From assembly GCA_010909165.1 (NCBI GenBank), contig VJWM01000250.1, positions 1-64,000 on the forward strand: a DNA stretch of 64,000 nucleotides, written 5' to 3'. The DNA is from Anthoceros angustus (taxonomy: Eukaryota; Plantae; Anthocerotophyta). Under the pieces are notes generated by a model. It worked only from the letters and a program-made list of their open reading frames with translations. It ran no database searches and was not told the origin of the DNA. Below are positions 62,670-64,000 of this stretch, one piece after another. The stretch's first letter is position 1, and each line of letters starts with the position of its first letter. Position numbers and translations under genes: made by a program.

Positions 62670-63160
62670 TGATATGTGTGATCTTCATTCCCGCTAGATT
62701 TACTAGCAAGTTGCAACTTACTGATGTAGTCCTTCAACAACCCTTGAAGCATGCTTTCAAGCGAGAATTCTGTAAGTGAATAACCGCTACTATTGAAGAG
62801 CAACTCAACGAAGGAGGAAAAATTGCTGTTAATCTCAAACTGAAAAACTTGAAGACCAAAGTGTGTGAATGGTTATTCAATACATGGACACATGTTTCAA
62901 ATATGCAAGATATGATCAAACATGGATGGGAAAAGACAGGTATTTTAAGAGCATTCAACTTAGATTTTAAGATAGAGGCAATGGAAGCAAACACGACATT
63001 ATCTTTATTTTCTAGAACAACTGAAGACATAGAAGAAGGGCATGAATTTGAAGGAGAAGGAGATGATGAGGACTATTTATCTGAAATAGTGGATGTGATG
63101 AAGAAATGTTTGGCTACAGCAGAAGCTTCAAAGCTTGGAGGTCCGTTCCCAAGAGAATAA
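62670..63160 (+). mobile_element. pogo/Tc1-mariner DDE_1 transposase C-terminal remnant
   Basis: VIFIPARFTSKLQLTDVVLQQPLKHAFKREF...VCEWLFNTW...MIKHGWEKTGI matches the IP.N.TS.LQP.DV...PFK and W...AW....I..GW.K.G motifs; one internal stop. Confidence 0.75.
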
Positions 63161-64000
63161 TAGGCTCCGTTGGCCACGTTTCAATCGTTTCTCACCTCAC
63201 GTAGTACCGTTTTAGACTCCACACACAATTCATCGTTTTATGACTAACTACCCGTAACATTCACCGGACAGGCCCGGCGTGACCAAACGTTTAAGGACCC
63301 GTTCGCGTCCCTATCATTCAAGTTTGTCACTCGTCCCTCTGGTCCGTTCCTCTCACCATTCATACTTCACTCATTATCCTTGGGGAAAATCGCGGTGGTG
63401 GGCGGCGGACCTCCTCCGCTTCTCCCGGGCCTCTCCGTCCAGGCTTTGCCGCCCTCAAAGTTCCTCGGCTCACGTTCGGTCAGCCCGGCCCGGGTGCAGC
63501 GAGATGAGCAGGGTCCCGGGTCGCCCTTCCTGCACACACCACCACCGTTAGGGTCCGTCACGGGACCTTGATCGATCTCTCCGGGAGTCGCCCGGGCACC
63601 TTTCTGTGACTCGGGACTCACGCTATGAAAGGCACACAAAGGGCACACCAAGAAGGCAGCATCAACACCAAGAGAAAGATACTTTGCCGGCCTCGGCCCT
63701 CTTATACTACGCCAAGGTCGGCGTCTTCCCACCTATGGGAGCTGGCTGGGCGCTCTGTCGGCCGCCTACTATTTCCCCTATTCCATCTATCTACACCGTC
63801 GGTGGTAGAGTGGGGTTGCCCATTCCGCCTTGGCGCTGGCGTAAGGCCCAACCACAATGCGGGCGCACCCAATCGGATGATCCGGCGGGCCCTACCTCTC
63901 CCGAGGTTACGTCGGTGCGCCTGGCGGCGACACAGCGGCACCACTAAATCCTCCTCCCATCCTCTCTTATCTCCTGGGCCCTTATACGGTGGGCCTCCAA

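Noticed and set aside
63279-64000. GC-rich ORFs at the window end
   Set aside because: Open on both strands because of GC content; no recognisable product; truncated by the window.

Overview
Eukaryotic nuclear DNA, most likely from a non-seed land plant (inferred from short ~80-300 bp introns, plant-type genes and bryophyte/lycophyte-like TE families; no prokaryotic features). 1-9.7 kb is a clean, compact gene cluster: the 3' part of mitochondrial EF-G (+), fibrillin FBN10/PAP12 (-) and an ABI-like SCAR/WAVE subunit (-). 10-20 kb is decayed TE debris: a CRE-like RLE fragment, LTR pieces with PBS/PPT, and a retroelement accessory ORF. 21.1-34.9 kb is a nucleoporin gene in which Nup98 (FG repeats, GLEBS, autoproteolytic domain) reads through the HFS motif into Nup96. 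35-57.8 kb holds Gypsy and Copia elements, including a Copia nested in a Gypsy gag with a GGTCG TSD and carrying an antisense TM-type ORF, plus a Leo1/VIP4 gene fragment and minisatellites. 58-64 kb has CACTA-like and pogo-like remnants. Major caveat: from ~25.4 to ~57.8 kb the sequence is a shuffled mosaic of local duplicates whose junctions, where both parents are visible, mostly share exactly 9-10 identical bases. This is most simply a small-k assembly/consensus artefact, so copy numbers and order in that interval should not be trusted until checked on raw reads. Homology calls are from recall of protein families, not from searches.
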